Of a stretch of 64,000 nt of DNA, positions 10,406 to 19,651 are shown one piece after another (positions within the stretch are counted from its first letter, which is position 1; each line of letters opens with the position of its first letter). This stretch comes from Candidatus Deferrimicrobiaceae bacterium (GTDB lineage Bacteria > Desulfobacterota > Deferrimicrobia > Deferrimicrobiales > Deferrimicrobiaceae): contig CAWBVY010000004.1 in assembly GCA_963792415.1 (NCBI GenBank), positions 480,001 to 544,000 on the forward strand, given 5' to 3'. A model generated the notes under the pieces. It worked only from the letters and a program-made list of their open reading frames with translations, was not told where the DNA came from and searched no databases. Position numbers and translations under genes: made by a program.

Positions 10406-12247
10406 ATGGCCTACGAGGCGCTCGCGCGGAAGTGGCGCCCGAAGACGTTCGAGGAGATCGTCGGGCAGGGGCACGTCACCCGCGCCCTCGCCAACGCCAT
10501 CTCCTCGGGGAAAATCCACCACGCCTACCTGTTCTCCGGAACCCGCGGCGTCGGCAAGACCACCTTCGCCCGGATCCTCGCCCGGGCGCTCAACTGCGAT
10601 AAGGGGCCCACCCCCGCGCCGTGCCTCACCTGCCCCTCGTGTTCGGAGGTCGGCTCGGGGACCGACGTCCAGGAGATCGACGGGGCCTCCAACACCGGCA
10701 TCGACGACATCCGCAGCCTGCGCGAGAACGCCGCCTACGCCCCCTCCCGCCTCCGGTACAAGGTCTACATCATCGACGAGGTCCACATGCTGTCGAAGCA
10801 GGCCTTCAACGGGCTGCTGAAGACGCTCGAGGAGCCGCCTCCCCACGTGGTGTTCATCCTCGCCACCACCGAGCCCAACCGGATCCCCGACACGATCCTC
10901 TCCCGCGTGCAGCGGTTCGATTTCCGCATGCTGACCGACGCCGAAGTCCGTGGGCGGCTGTCGGAGATGGCGCGCGCGGAAGGGATCACCGCCGAGGAGG
11001 ACGCCCTCGCCCTCATGGCGCGGTACGCCTTCGGTTCGATGCGCGACGGGCAATCCCTCTTCGAACAGGCGGCGGTTTCCGGCGGAGGGAGCGTCACCGC
11101 CGCGCTGGTCGAAGGGATGCTCGGGCTGGTCGGGGTCGAGGCGGCGATCGACCTCGTCTCCGCGGCCGTCCTCGACGGCGCGGGGGCGGCCCTGACCAGG
11201 TTCGCTGCCCTGCTCTCCCGTGGCGCGGATCTCAAGTACCTGTTCCTTTCCCTGATCGACGTCCTGCGCGACACGGCGGTCCTCTCCTTCACCGGGCAGG
11301 AATCGCTCCTCTTCCGGCACTCCCCCGCGTCCCTCGACCGGATGCGGGAGCTGACGGCGCGCCGCAACAGGGAGGAGTGGATGCTCCTCCTCGACATCGC
11401 GTTCCGGTCCGAGCGGGACGTGCTGGCGACCGAATTCCCGCACCTCGGGTTCGAGCTGCTCCTGCTGCGCCTCGCCAACGCCCAGGGGCTGCTCTCCGTC
11501 CAGGCGCTCGACCTGTCCGCAGACTTGTCCTCCGGCTTGTCCTCCGGCTTGTCCTCCGGCTTGTCCTCCGTAGCGGCGCGAGCCGCGAAGGAGGAAGCGG
11601 CGCGAGCCGCGAAGGAGGAAGCGGCGCGAGCCGCGAAGGAGGAAGCGGCGCGAGCCGCGAAGTCGGAGGCGGTCGCGCAAAAGGCATCCGCTCCGCCGCC
11701 CGCGACGTTCTCCCGCAAGCCGGCCCCCCGTGTCGACCCCCAGGTTTCCGCCACCCCCGAAGCCGGAGGCGGCCTCACAAAGGACATCGGCGAAGGCGCC
11801 GGGCTCTGGGACGCCGTGCGGCGCAATCTCGAGAAGAGGAAAAAGACCGTCCTGCTCGGCCTCCTTTCGCAGATGCGGGGAGAGCTTCGGGAGGGCGAAT
11901 TCGTCATCACCTGCGACCACGAGATGATGCTCGACCGGTTGAAGGAGAAGGACAAGTGGGAGCCGCTCCTCGCCGCCCTCGAGGAAGCGGCCGGGCGCCC
12001 CGTGCCGGTGCGGTTGTCGGTTTCCACGGAAAAAAAAAGCCCGGAGCCTGACGCCGTAGCCCCGGGGGACGCAGGCCTCGAGCGAAAAGCGCTCGAGGAG
12101 CCGACCGTCCTGGAGATATTGCGGATCTTCGAGGGATCGATGCTGGTCAAGGTGCAGCCCGCGCCCGCGGCCCCGCGGAACGAAGCAGCGGCGGACGAGG
12201 ATGCGGGGGAGCCGGAGATCCCGGAAGCGGCGGAGGAGGCGGAATGA
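10406..12247 (+). CDS. dnaX: DNA polymerase III subunit gamma/tau
   Basis: MAYEALARKWRPKTF, Walker A GTRGVGKT, IIDEVHML, LLKTLEEPP. Confidence 0.97.
   Translation: MAYEALARKWRPKTFEEIVGQGHVTRALANAISSGKIHHAYLFSGTRGVGKTTFARILARALNCDKGPTPAPCLTCPSCSEVGSGTDVQEIDGASNTGIDDIRSLRENAAYAPSRLRYKVYIIDEVHMLSKQAFNGLLKTLEEPPPHVVFILATTEPNRIPDTILSRVQRFDFRMLTDAEVRGRLSEMARAEGITAEEDALALMARYAFGSMRDGQSLFEQAAVSGGGSVTAALVEGMLGLVGVEAAIDLVSAAVLDGAGAALTRFAALLSRGADLKYLFLSLIDVLRDTAVLSFTGQESLLFRHSPASLDRMRELTARRNREEWMLLLDIAFRSERDVLATEFPHLGFELLLLRLANAQGLLSVQALDLSADLSSGLSSGLSSGLSSVAARAAKEEAARAAKEEAARAAKEEAARAAKSEAVAQKASAPPPATFSRKPAPRVDPQVSATPEAGGGLTKDIGEGAGLWDAVRRNLEKRKKTVLLGLLSQMRGELREGEFVITCDHEMMLDRLKEKDKWEPLLAALEEAAGRPVPVRLSVSTEKKSPEPDAVAPGDAGLERKALEEPTVLEILRIFEGSMLVKVQPAPAAPRNEAAADEDAGEPEIPEAAEEAE
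11524..11662 (+). repeat. adjacent coding tandem repeats in the dnaX linker
   Basis: CTTGTCCTCCGG x~4 (LSSG) then AGCGGCGCGAGCCGCGAAGGAGGA x~3.8 (AARAAKEE). Confidence 0.95.
12029..12059 (+). other. candidate slippage/frameshift site in dnaX (A9)
   Basis: GAA AAA AAA AGC; the -1 frame stops at TGA 12049-12051 and the +1 frame at TAG 12057-12059. Confidence 0.65.
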
Positions 12248-12555
12248 CGGACTTCAAGGACCTGATGCGGCAGGCGCAGGAGGTGCGCGACCGGTTCCAG
12301 CGCCTCCAGGAGGAGTTGGGCGGGCGCACCGTCGAGGGGTCGGCGGGAGGCGGGATGGTGGTGGCCGTCATGAACGGCCGCCAGGAACTCCTCTACGTGC
12401 GGATCGAGAAGGAAGTGGTTTCCCCCGACGACGTCGGGATGCTGCAGGACCTGGTCCGCGCGGCGGTGAACGACGCCCTCGCCCGCTCCCGGGAGGTGGC
12501 TGCCGCCGAGATGGCGAAGGTCACGGGCGGGATGCTGCCGCCGGGGATCCTGTGA
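12244..12555 (+). CDS. ybaB: YbaB/EbfC nucleoid-associated protein
   Basis: VEGSAGGGMV and LQDLVRAAVNDA; lies between dnaX and recR. Confidence 0.95.
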   Translation: MTDFKDLMRQAQEVRDRFQRLQEELGGRTVEGSAGGGMVVAVMNGRQELLYVRIEKEVVSPDDVGMLQDLVRAAVNDALARSREVAAAEMAKVTGGMLPPGIL

Positions 12556-13154
12556 CCGCCGTCTATCCGAAACCGCTGCGCCGCCTCGTCCTCCTCCTCT
12601 CCCGCCTCCCCGGGATCGGGGAGAAGACGGCCACGCGCCTGGCGATGTTCCTCCTGAAGATGCCGCCCGAGTTCGTCCGCGAGCTGGGGGCGGCCATCGC
12701 CGGGATTCCGGAATCCGTGACAAAATGCTCGAAATGTTTTAACATTGCGGACGAGGACCCTTGTGCTTTCTGCGCGGACCCCGCGCGCCGGGATGACCTG
12801 ATCTGCGTCGTTGAAGGTCCCACCGATATCGTCCCGATCGAAAAAAGCGGGGAGTTCAAGGGGAGGTACCACGTCCTCGGCGGGGCGATCTCGCCGATCG
12901 ACGGCGTCATGCCGGACGACCTCCGGGTGCGGGAGCTCCTGGAGCGGACGGTTCGCGGCGGTGTTTCCGAGGTGATCCTGGCGACAAACCTCACGGCGGA
13001 GGGGGAGACCACGGCGTCCTACCTCGCCGAGGTCCTCAAGGCACGGAACATCCGCGTGAGCCGGATCGCCTACGGGCTCCCCATGGGAGCGGACCTCGAA
13101 TACGCCGACGAGATCACCGTCGGCCGGGCGATGAAGGGGCGACGCGAACTGTGA
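12552..13154 (+). CDS. recR: recombination mediator RecR
   Basis: LPGIGEKTA HhH motif, C4 zinc finger, YHVLGG and EVILATN Toprim; GTG at 12552. Confidence 0.96.
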   Translation: MTAVYPKPLRRLVLLLSRLPGIGEKTATRLAMFLLKMPPEFVRELGAAIAGIPESVTKCSKCFNIADEDPCAFCADPARRDDLICVVEGPTDIVPIEKSGEFKGRYHVLGGAISPIDGVMPDDLRVRELLERTVRGGVSEVILATNLTAEGETTASYLAEVLKARNIRVSRIAYGLPMGADLEYADEITVGRAMKGRREL

Positions 13155-13200
13155 ATCGACCGATACGCACCGGAATATTCAAACGAGAGGGGCAGGGAAG

Positions 13201-14220
13201 ATGACCCAGAGCGGCAAGGCGGTGAAACTACCGGTGAAGAACGATCTCGGGTTCTTCGAGATCCGGATGGAGAGCATCGGCGGGTTGGGCGCGAACGTGG
13301 CCGGGAAGATCCTCACCGAGGCGGCGATCATCGGGATGGGGATGAACGGCGCCGGGTTCGCCTCGTACGGTTCGGAGAAGAAGGGGACGCCGGTCAAGGG
13401 GTTCGTGCGGATCTGCGAGGGCGACCAGAAGGTCCGGATCAACAGCCCGGTCGAGGAACCGCACGTCCTCGCGATCTTCCACGAGGCGCTGGCGAAATCG
13501 GTCCCCGTGACCGCGGGCGCGGTCCCCGGCAAGACGGTCGTGATCCTGAACACCCGGAGGACGCCGGCGGAGGCGCGGGACTTCCTGAAGCTCGAGGGCG
13601 GGAAGGTCGGCGTGGTCGACGCGATGGAGATCGCCATGGCGACCGGCTCCCGCGTGAACATGGTGATGATGGGCGCCATCATGAAGGCCGCCGGCTTCTA
13701 CGAATGGAAGGCGGTCGAGGAGACGGTCCTGGCCCAGTTCGGGAAGAAGTACGCCTCCCTGATGAAATCGAACATGGAGGCGTTGAAGCGCGGGTTCGAC
13801 GAGGTCGCGTTCGGGGAGTTCCCGGCCGACGGCAAGTACCCGGCGACGCCGTTCACGCGCGAAGAGCCGAAACTCGGCTACGAGACGGCGCCGATCGGCG
13901 GGACGATCTACTCGGTCGGGAACATGCGCTTCAAGGACCTCTCCACCAGCCGCACGGGAACGATCCCCCTCTTCACTCTCGACAAGTGTGTCCGGTGCGG
14001 GGAGTGCGACATCACCTGCCCCGACTACTGCTTCGTGTGGGAGAAGGGGAAGGACCCGAAGACCGGCAAGGACGGGATGGTCCTGCTCGGGATCGACTAC
14101 CAGTACTGCAAGGGGTGCCTGCGGTGCACCCACATCTGCAAGTTTGACGCCCTGGTTCCCGCCAAGGAAGCCGAGCAGGACATGGACAGGATCACCGTCA
14201 AGCACAAGTTCCTGAAGTAA
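13201..14220 (+). CDS. 2-oxoacid:ferredoxin oxidoreductase gamma-delta fusion subunit
   Basis: SYGSEKKGTPV gamma motif; CVRCGECDITCP and CKGCLRCTHIC 2x[4Fe-4S]. Confidence 0.9.
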   Translation: MTQSGKAVKLPVKNDLGFFEIRMESIGGLGANVAGKILTEAAIIGMGMNGAGFASYGSEKKGTPVKGFVRICEGDQKVRINSPVEEPHVLAIFHEALAKSVPVTAGAVPGKTVVILNTRRTPAEARDFLKLEGGKVGVVDAMEIAMATGSRVNMVMMGAIMKAAGFYEWKAVEETVLAQFGKKYASLMKSNMEALKRGFDEVAFGEFPADGKYPATPFTREEPKLGYETAPIGGTIYSVGNMRFKDLSTSRTGTIPLFTLDKCVRCGECDITCPDYCFVWEKGKDPKTGKDGMVLLGIDYQYCKGCLRCTHICKFDALVPAKEAEQDMDRITVKHKFLK

Positions 14221-14251
14221 CGATTTTCTCGAAACCATAAGGAGAAGGCGA

Positions 14252-16528
14252 ATGGCGCAGACGGCGAAGAAGCAGAGCGGACGCCCCGCCCAGACGATGG
14301 TCGTCCAGAGCGGCAACGAGATCGCGGCGACGGCGGCCAAGCAGATCAACTACCACATCATGGGGTACTACCCCATCACCCCCTCGACCGAGGTCGCCGA
14401 GACCCTCGACGCGATGAAGGCGGAGGGGGAGCACACCATACGGATGATCCCGGGCGACGGGGAGCACGGCGCCGCGGGGATCTGCTTCGGCGCGAGCACG
14501 GCGGGGGGGCGCGTCTTCAACGCCACCTCGGCGAACGGGCTCCTGTTCGCTTTCGAGCAGCTCCCGGTCCAGTCCGGGGAGCGGTTCCCGATGGTGTTCA
14601 ACATCGTCACCCGCGCGGTGTCCGGCCCCCTCGACATCCGGGGCGACCACAGCGACATCATGCTGGCGATGAACACCGGCTGGATCGCCCTGATGGCCGC
14701 GGACGCCCAGGCGGTCTACGACATGAACGTGATGGCCCCGAAGATCGGCGAGGAGATGTCGGTCCGCCTCCCGGTGTTCGTCGCCTTCGACGGCTTCTTC
14801 ACCTCCCACCAGAAGCGCCGCGTGGAGATCTTCGCCGACGACCAGGTGGTGCGCGACTTCCTCGGGCCGTTCGTCCCCACGGTCTCTTCGGTCGACATGA
14901 AGAATCCGGTCACCATCGGGCCGTACATGAACGACCCGGACCAGATCAACAACAAGAAGCAGCAGTCCGACGCGATCGTCCGCTCCTACGACGTGATCCG
15001 GAAGGTCTTCGCCGAATACGAGGCCCTCTCCGGCCGCCGCTACGACCTGGTCGAAGGGTACCGGATGGAGGACGCCGAGGCGGCGCTCTTCATCCTGAAC
15101 TCCGCCGCCGAGACCGCGAAGGAGGCGGTCGACGCGCTGCGGAAGGAGGGGCGGAAGGTCGGCCTGGTCCGGCCCAATGTCATCCGGCCGTTCCCGATCG
15201 AGGAGGTGCGCGCGCTCCTGAAAAACGTGAAGGGGCTGGTGGTCGCCGACCGCCAGGACAACTTCGGCGGGTGGGGCGGCGCGATGGCGATCGAGGTGAA
15301 GGCGGCGCTGCAGGGATTGAAGGGGAACGCGACCCAGGTCGCCGCCCGCGTGTACGGCACCGGAGGGAAGGAGTTCTTCGTCGAGGACGCGGCGGCGATG
15401 CTGCGCGAGGCGCTGGAGATCGCGAAGACCGGCGCGGTGGAGGTCCCGTACGCCTACTTCGGGGCCAACCCGGGGGACCCGTCCCACAAGCCCGCCAAGG
15501 CGTTCGACCCCATCACCGAGGCGGAGGCCTCGGGCCTGATCCGGGTCGAGACGACGCCGGAAGGGAAGATGGAGGTCAAGGGGAACGTCCTGCGGAACCT
15601 CACGGAGCGGCCCAAGCGGATCAGCCCGGGCCACGGCGCCTGCCCCGGCTGCGGCATCTTCGTCAACTTGAACACCTTCATGAAGGGGATCGAGGGGCAC
15701 GCGGTGGTCCTCTTCCACACCGGCTGCGGGATGGTGGTCACCACCGGCTACCCGTACACCGCGCACAAGATCACCTACATCCACAACCTGTTCCAGAACG
15801 GGGCGGCGACCCTCTCCGGCGTGGTGGAGATGTTCGCGGAGCGCAAGGTCCGCGGCGAGATCCCGAAGGACGAGAAGATCACCTTCATCATGGTCACCGG
15901 CGACGGCGGGCACGACATCGGGATGGGGCCGTCCATCGGCGCCGCGATGCGGAACCACCGGATGATCATCTGCGAATATGACAACCAGGGGTACCAGAAC
16001 ACGGGCTCGCAGCTCTCCTTCACCGTCCCATTGGCGCAGTCCACCTCGACCTCCAACTACGGTCCGCACCAGCACGGCAAGGCCACGCACCACAAGGATA
16101 CGGCCCAGATCTTCGCGGCGTGCCACGTCCCGTACGTCTGCACGGTGGCCGAGAGCAACCCGCGCGACATGATCCGCAAGGCGGCAAAGGCCCAGAAGTA
16201 CGCGGACGAGGGGCTGGTCTTCGTGAAGATGATCTCCATGTGCCCGCTGGCGTGGAAGACGGAGGAGCGGATGTCCGTTCCGATCATCCAGGCGTCGGTC
16301 GACAGCTGCTTCTTCCCGCTCTACGAGGTCGAGCACGGGATCACGACGCTCAGCTACGACCCGGAGGAGAAGGGGAAGAAGGTCCCCGTCACCGAATGGC
16401 TGAAGCACATGGGGAAGACGAAGCACATGCTGAAGCCGGACTGCAAGCCCGAGCTCGACCGGTTCCAGGCCGAGGTCGACCGGCGCTGGGTCCGCCTCAA
16501 GGAGATGCACAAGAACCCGCTGCTGTAA
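14252..16528 (+). CDS. pyruvate/2-oxoacid:ferredoxin oxidoreductase alpha-beta fusion subunit
   Basis: YPITP, GEHGA and DHSD (alpha); ACPGCG and GDGG...YDNQGYQNTG TPP-binding motif (beta). Confidence 0.9.
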   Translation: MAQTAKKQSGRPAQTMVVQSGNEIAATAAKQINYHIMGYYPITPSTEVAETLDAMKAEGEHTIRMIPGDGEHGAAGICFGASTAGGRVFNATSANGLLFAFEQLPVQSGERFPMVFNIVTRAVSGPLDIRGDHSDIMLAMNTGWIALMAADAQAVYDMNVMAPKIGEEMSVRLPVFVAFDGFFTSHQKRRVEIFADDQVVRDFLGPFVPTVSSVDMKNPVTIGPYMNDPDQINNKKQQSDAIVRSYDVIRKVFAEYEALSGRRYDLVEGYRMEDAEAALFILNSAAETAKEAVDALRKEGRKVGLVRPNVIRPFPIEEVRALLKNVKGLVVADRQDNFGGWGGAMAIEVKAALQGLKGNATQVAARVYGTGGKEFFVEDAAAMLREALEIAKTGAVEVPYAYFGANPGDPSHKPAKAFDPITEAEASGLIRVETTPEGKMEVKGNVLRNLTERPKRISPGHGACPGCGIFVNLNTFMKGIEGHAVVLFHTGCGMVVTTGYPYTAHKITYIHNLFQNGAATLSGVVEMFAERKVRGEIPKDEKITFIMVTGDGGHDIGMGPSIGAAMRNHRMIICEYDNQGYQNTGSQLSFTVPLAQSTSTSNYGPHQHGKATHHKDTAQIFAACHVPYVCTVAESNPRDMIRKAAKAQKYADEGLVFVKMISMCPLAWKTEERMSVPIIQASVDSCFFPLYEVEHGITTLSYDPEEKGKKVPVTEWLKHMGKTKHMLKPDCKPELDRFQAEVDRRWVRLKEMHKNPLL

Positions 16529-16612
16529 TCGCGGGATCGGGACACCGAATCCACACGCGCGGGGGAGGGGGGCGGCTTTTTCTTTCGGGGGCCGTGTGAT
16601 ATCTTTTCGCCT

Positions 16613-17086
16613 ATGAGCCACGTAAATTTTTCCCTCCGGGAGCCGGAATACGAGGCGCTTCTTTCGGTCCTTCGGAAACTGCTGGTGGACGCCTCCGCGA
16701 AGGTCGTCTTCCTGGTCGACAAGGACGGCACCCTCCTCGCTTCCGCCGGGGATGCCGCCGGGTTCGACACGACGTCCCTGGCCTCCCTCGCCGCGGGGAA
16801 CATCGCCGCCACCGGGGGGCTCGCCAACCTCATTGGCGAAAAGGAATTCTCGATCCTCTTCCACGAGGGGGAGCGGGACAACATGCACCTCTCCGTCGTG
16901 GCGGACCGCCTCATCCTCGTGGTCGTCTTCGACCGGCGCTCCTCGGTCGGCCTGGTCCGCCTGCGCGTCCGACAGGCCTCGGAGCGCTTCAAGGACGTCA
17001 TGGTGGAGGCGCTTGCCGCCAGCGACGCGGAGGCCGAGGGAGTCGAGGAGTTGACCGAAGCCGACATCGAGAGTCTTTTCAAGTGA
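16613..17086 (+). CDS. mglB: roadblock/LC7 GTPase-activating protein MglB
   Basis: DTTSLASLAAGNIAATGGLA, EFSILFHEGERDN, EELTEADIESLF. Confidence 0.95.
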   Translation: MSHVNFSLREPEYEALLSVLRKLLVDASAKVVFLVDKDGTLLASAGDAAGFDTTSLASLAAGNIAATGGLANLIGEKEFSILFHEGERDNMHLSVVADRLILVVVFDRRSSVGLVRLRVRQASERFKDVMVEALAASDAEAEGVEELTEADIESLFK

Positions 17087-17117
17087 GATCGCGCAATTTG
17101 TTCCCGGACAGGGCCTG

Positions 17118-17711
17118 ATGTCGTTCATCAACTACGCGTCTCGCGAGATCAACTGCAAGATCGTCTATTACGGGCCCGGCCTGTGCGGGAAAACGACCAA
17201 TCTGCAATTCATCCACCAGCGGATGAACCCCGAGTCGCGCGGGAAGATGATCTCCCTCGCCACCGAGACGGAGCGGACCCTCTTTTTCGACTTCCTCCCC
17301 CTGTCGATGGGCGAGATCCGCGGCTTCAAGACGCGCTTCCACCTGTACACCGTTCCCGGCCAGATTTTCTACGACGCCAGCCGGAGGCTCATCCTGCGCG
17401 GCGTCGACGGTGTCGTCTTCTGCGCCGACTCGCAGCTCACCCGCGTGGACTCGAACGAGGAGTCGATGGAGAACCTCCGGATGAACCTCCGGGAGCAAGG
17501 GTACGACCCGGACAGGCTCCCCCAGGTGATCCAGTACAACAAGCGCGACCTGCCGAACATCGCCTCGCTGGCCGAGCTCCACGCGCTCCTCAACCGGCGC
17601 AACGTCCCCGAGATCGAGGCGGCGGCCTCCTCGGGGATCGGGGTCTTCGAGACGCTCAAGACGGTCATCAAGCAGGTCCTGATCGACCTGAAACGGGGCC
17701 GACGGCAATAA
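17118..17711 (+). CDS. mglA: Ras-like GTPase MglA
   Basis: MSFINYASREINCKIVYYGPGLCGKTTN, ERTLFFDF, TVPGQ, NKRD. Confidence 0.97.
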   Translation: MSFINYASREINCKIVYYGPGLCGKTTNLQFIHQRMNPESRGKMISLATETERTLFFDFLPLSMGEIRGFKTRFHLYTVPGQIFYDASRRLILRGVDGVVFCADSQLTRVDSNEESMENLRMNLREQGYDPDRLPQVIQYNKRDLPNIASLAELHALLNRRNVPEIEAAASSGIGVFETLKTVIKQVLIDLKRGRRQ

Positions 17712-18640
17712 GGTTCGAACTCATCGTCAGCGTTGCCTCCCCCGGGGAGCTCGAGGGGACCGACCTCTCTCCCTACGACGCCGTGTGCCTCGGGAGCCCG
17801 TACTGCCGGCGCGTCGAGGGAAACTACGCCGAAGCGCTCGACCTTCTCCCCGGTGTCGTCTCCCGGCTTCACGCGGCCGGGAAGCGCGCGTACGTCGCCA
17901 CGCCCGCCGTTCCGCGCGAGGCGGACCTCCCCCACGTCATCCGGCTCGTCGACGCCGCCGCGTCCGCCGGGGTGGATGCCCTCGAGATCCACAACATGGG
18001 GGTCCTCCGGATCGTGCGCGAAAAGGGGGGGCCGGTCCCGGCCCACATGGGCGCCTACGCGAACGTCTATACCCACCTTGCGGCCGGGGTCATGCGCGAC
18101 GCGGGGGCGGTCCGGGTGCGTCCCAACGCCGAGGTGTCCCTCGAGGAGATGGCGATCCTCGCCCGCGAGGCGGCGGTCGAGGTCGAGGTGCTCGTCCACG
18201 GGAAGATCCCCCTCGGGGTCACCGACCGCTGCTTCCTGCTCACGGAGCCCGAGGAGTCCGACCCGAAGTGCCCGTCCGCCTGCGGGGAGGTCCACTGGCT
18301 CACCTCCCGCGAGTGGGTCCTGAAGACGGTCGGGAAGGGGGTCCTCTCGGGCCGGGACATGTGCCTGCTGGAGCACCTTCCGCGGCTGGTCGCGGACGGC
18401 TTCCGCGTCTTCCGGGTCGAGGGGCTCTACGAGACCGGGGCCTACCGGTCGGAGATCGGCGCCGCCTACCGGGAGGCGCTGACCCGGGCCATCGCCGGCG
18501 GTTCGTTCGCGCTGGAGGATCGGTGGGTCGACGCCGCGAGGCGCCACGCCCCCCGGGGCCTGTGCAACGGGTATTATTTCGGGACGGCCGGCCGAACGTA
18601 CGTCGGGACGGTTTTACAAGACCCCAACCCTGAGGTATAA
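17708..18640 (+). CDS. U32 family protein (UbiV/TrhP-like Fe-S hydroxylation factor); start apparently ATA
   Basis: DAVCLGSPYC, EVLVHG, RC...C...C and FRVEG motifs. The N-terminus (I/M)RFELIVSV begins at the ATAA overlap with the mglA stop. Confidence 0.8.
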   Translation: MRFELIVSVASPGELEGTDLSPYDAVCLGSPYCRRVEGNYAEALDLLPGVVSRLHAAGKRAYVATPAVPREADLPHVIRLVDAAASAGVDALEIHNMGVLRIVREKGGPVPAHMGAYANVYTHLAAGVMRDAGAVRVRPNAEVSLEEMAILAREAAVEVEVLVHGKIPLGVTDRCFLLTEPEESDPKCPSACGEVHWLTSREWVLKTVGKGVLSGRDMCLLEHLPRLVADGFRVFRVEGLYETGAYRSEIGAAYREALTRAIAGGSFALEDRWVDAARRHAPRGLCNGYYFGTAGRTYVGTVLQDPNPEV

Positions 18641-18641
18641 T
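18613..18641 (+). promoter_or_regulatory. sigma70-type promoter
   Basis: TTTACA-17 bp-TATAAT upstream of the second U32 gene. Confidence 0.6.
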
Positions 18642-18685
18642 TCACGTTTGCGTATTCCCTGCGAACGGGATCCGCGTACGGAGGA

Positions 18686-19648
18686 GTGACGTCGATGGCC
18701 GAGTTGCTGGCATCCGGCGGTTCCATGGAGATGGTGCGGGCCGCCTTCGACAACGGGGCGGACGCTGTTTATGTGGGCGCCACGGGGTGGAGCCGCCGCC
18801 GGGCGGAGTTCGAGATGGACGACGCCGCGATCGTCGAGGCGCAGCGGTACGCCCGTTCCGCCGGGAAGATCCTCCGGGTGGCGTTCAACACCCTCCCGGC
18901 GTCCACCGAGGTCCCGCTCTTCCTGGCGCGGGCCGACGCGCTCTACGCCGCCGGCGTGCGCGACTTCATCCTCACCGACCCAGGGCTGATGATGGCCCTG
19001 AAGAACCGCCATCCCGACACGATCCTCCACGCGAGCGTGGGGTGCACCATCATCAACATCCAGGACGCCCTCTTCTACAAGGAGGCGGGCGCTTCCCAGG
19101 TGGTCGCCGAGTGTCGCATGGGGAAGGCGACGATGCGCAGGATCAAGGCGGAAGCGGGGGTCGGGCTCGAGGTCCTCGTCCACGCCACCACCTGCTACAC
19201 GCTCCTCGGCCGCTGCACGATGAGCAGCTACACGAAGCTCGGGCACAGGGTGGACGCCTCGGGAAAGGACCATTTCCCCGGCAGCCCGAACCGCGGCGGC
19301 CTCTGCTACCGGATCTGTCTCACCGACTGGGATCGGGTGGGCGCGACCGGGGAGATCGAGGCGTCCGGCGTGGAGCTGCCGAACCGGGCCTACTTCCTCG
19401 CCGACGATATTCCCTACCTGATCGACCACGGGGTCGACACGATCAAGATCCAGGGGCGGGAGTATTCCGTGCCGCTGGTGGGACGGATGGTCCGGTTCTA
19501 CCGCGAGCTGATCGACGCCTGCGTGCGCGACCGCGCCGGGTTCCGGATGGATCCGTGGAGGGAGCGGATGGCCGGCATCGTCGCCGACCGCGACGCCGAG
19601 CGCCGGGAAAAGACCACGGGGCTGCTCTCCGAATCCCTCGACCGGTAA
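18686..19648 (+). CDS. U32 family protein (UbiU/RlhA-like)
   Basis: ELLASGG, GADAVYVG, HASV, CYTLLGRC, NRGGLCYRIC, IKIQGR. The start may be ATG 18695. Confidence 0.88.
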   Translation: MTSMAELLASGGSMEMVRAAFDNGADAVYVGATGWSRRRAEFEMDDAAIVEAQRYARSAGKILRVAFNTLPASTEVPLFLARADALYAAGVRDFILTDPGLMMALKNRHPDTILHASVGCTIINIQDALFYKEAGASQVVAECRMGKATMRRIKAEAGVGLEVLVHATTCYTLLGRCTMSSYTKLGHRVDASGKDHFPGSPNRGGLCYRICLTDWDRVGATGEIEASGVELPNRAYFLADDIPYLIDHGVDTIKIQGREYSVPLVGRMVRFYRELIDACVRDRAGFRMDPWRERMAGIVADRDAERREKTTGLLSESLDR

Positions 19649-19651
19649 CTC

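Noticed and set aside
13201-16528. Oxalate oxidoreductase, suggested by the gamma-delta fusion and an OFA transporter in the window
   Set aside because: The alpha motif is YPITP (PFOR-like) rather than the Arg-containing variant recalled for the oxalate enzyme, and the transporter is 28 kb away.
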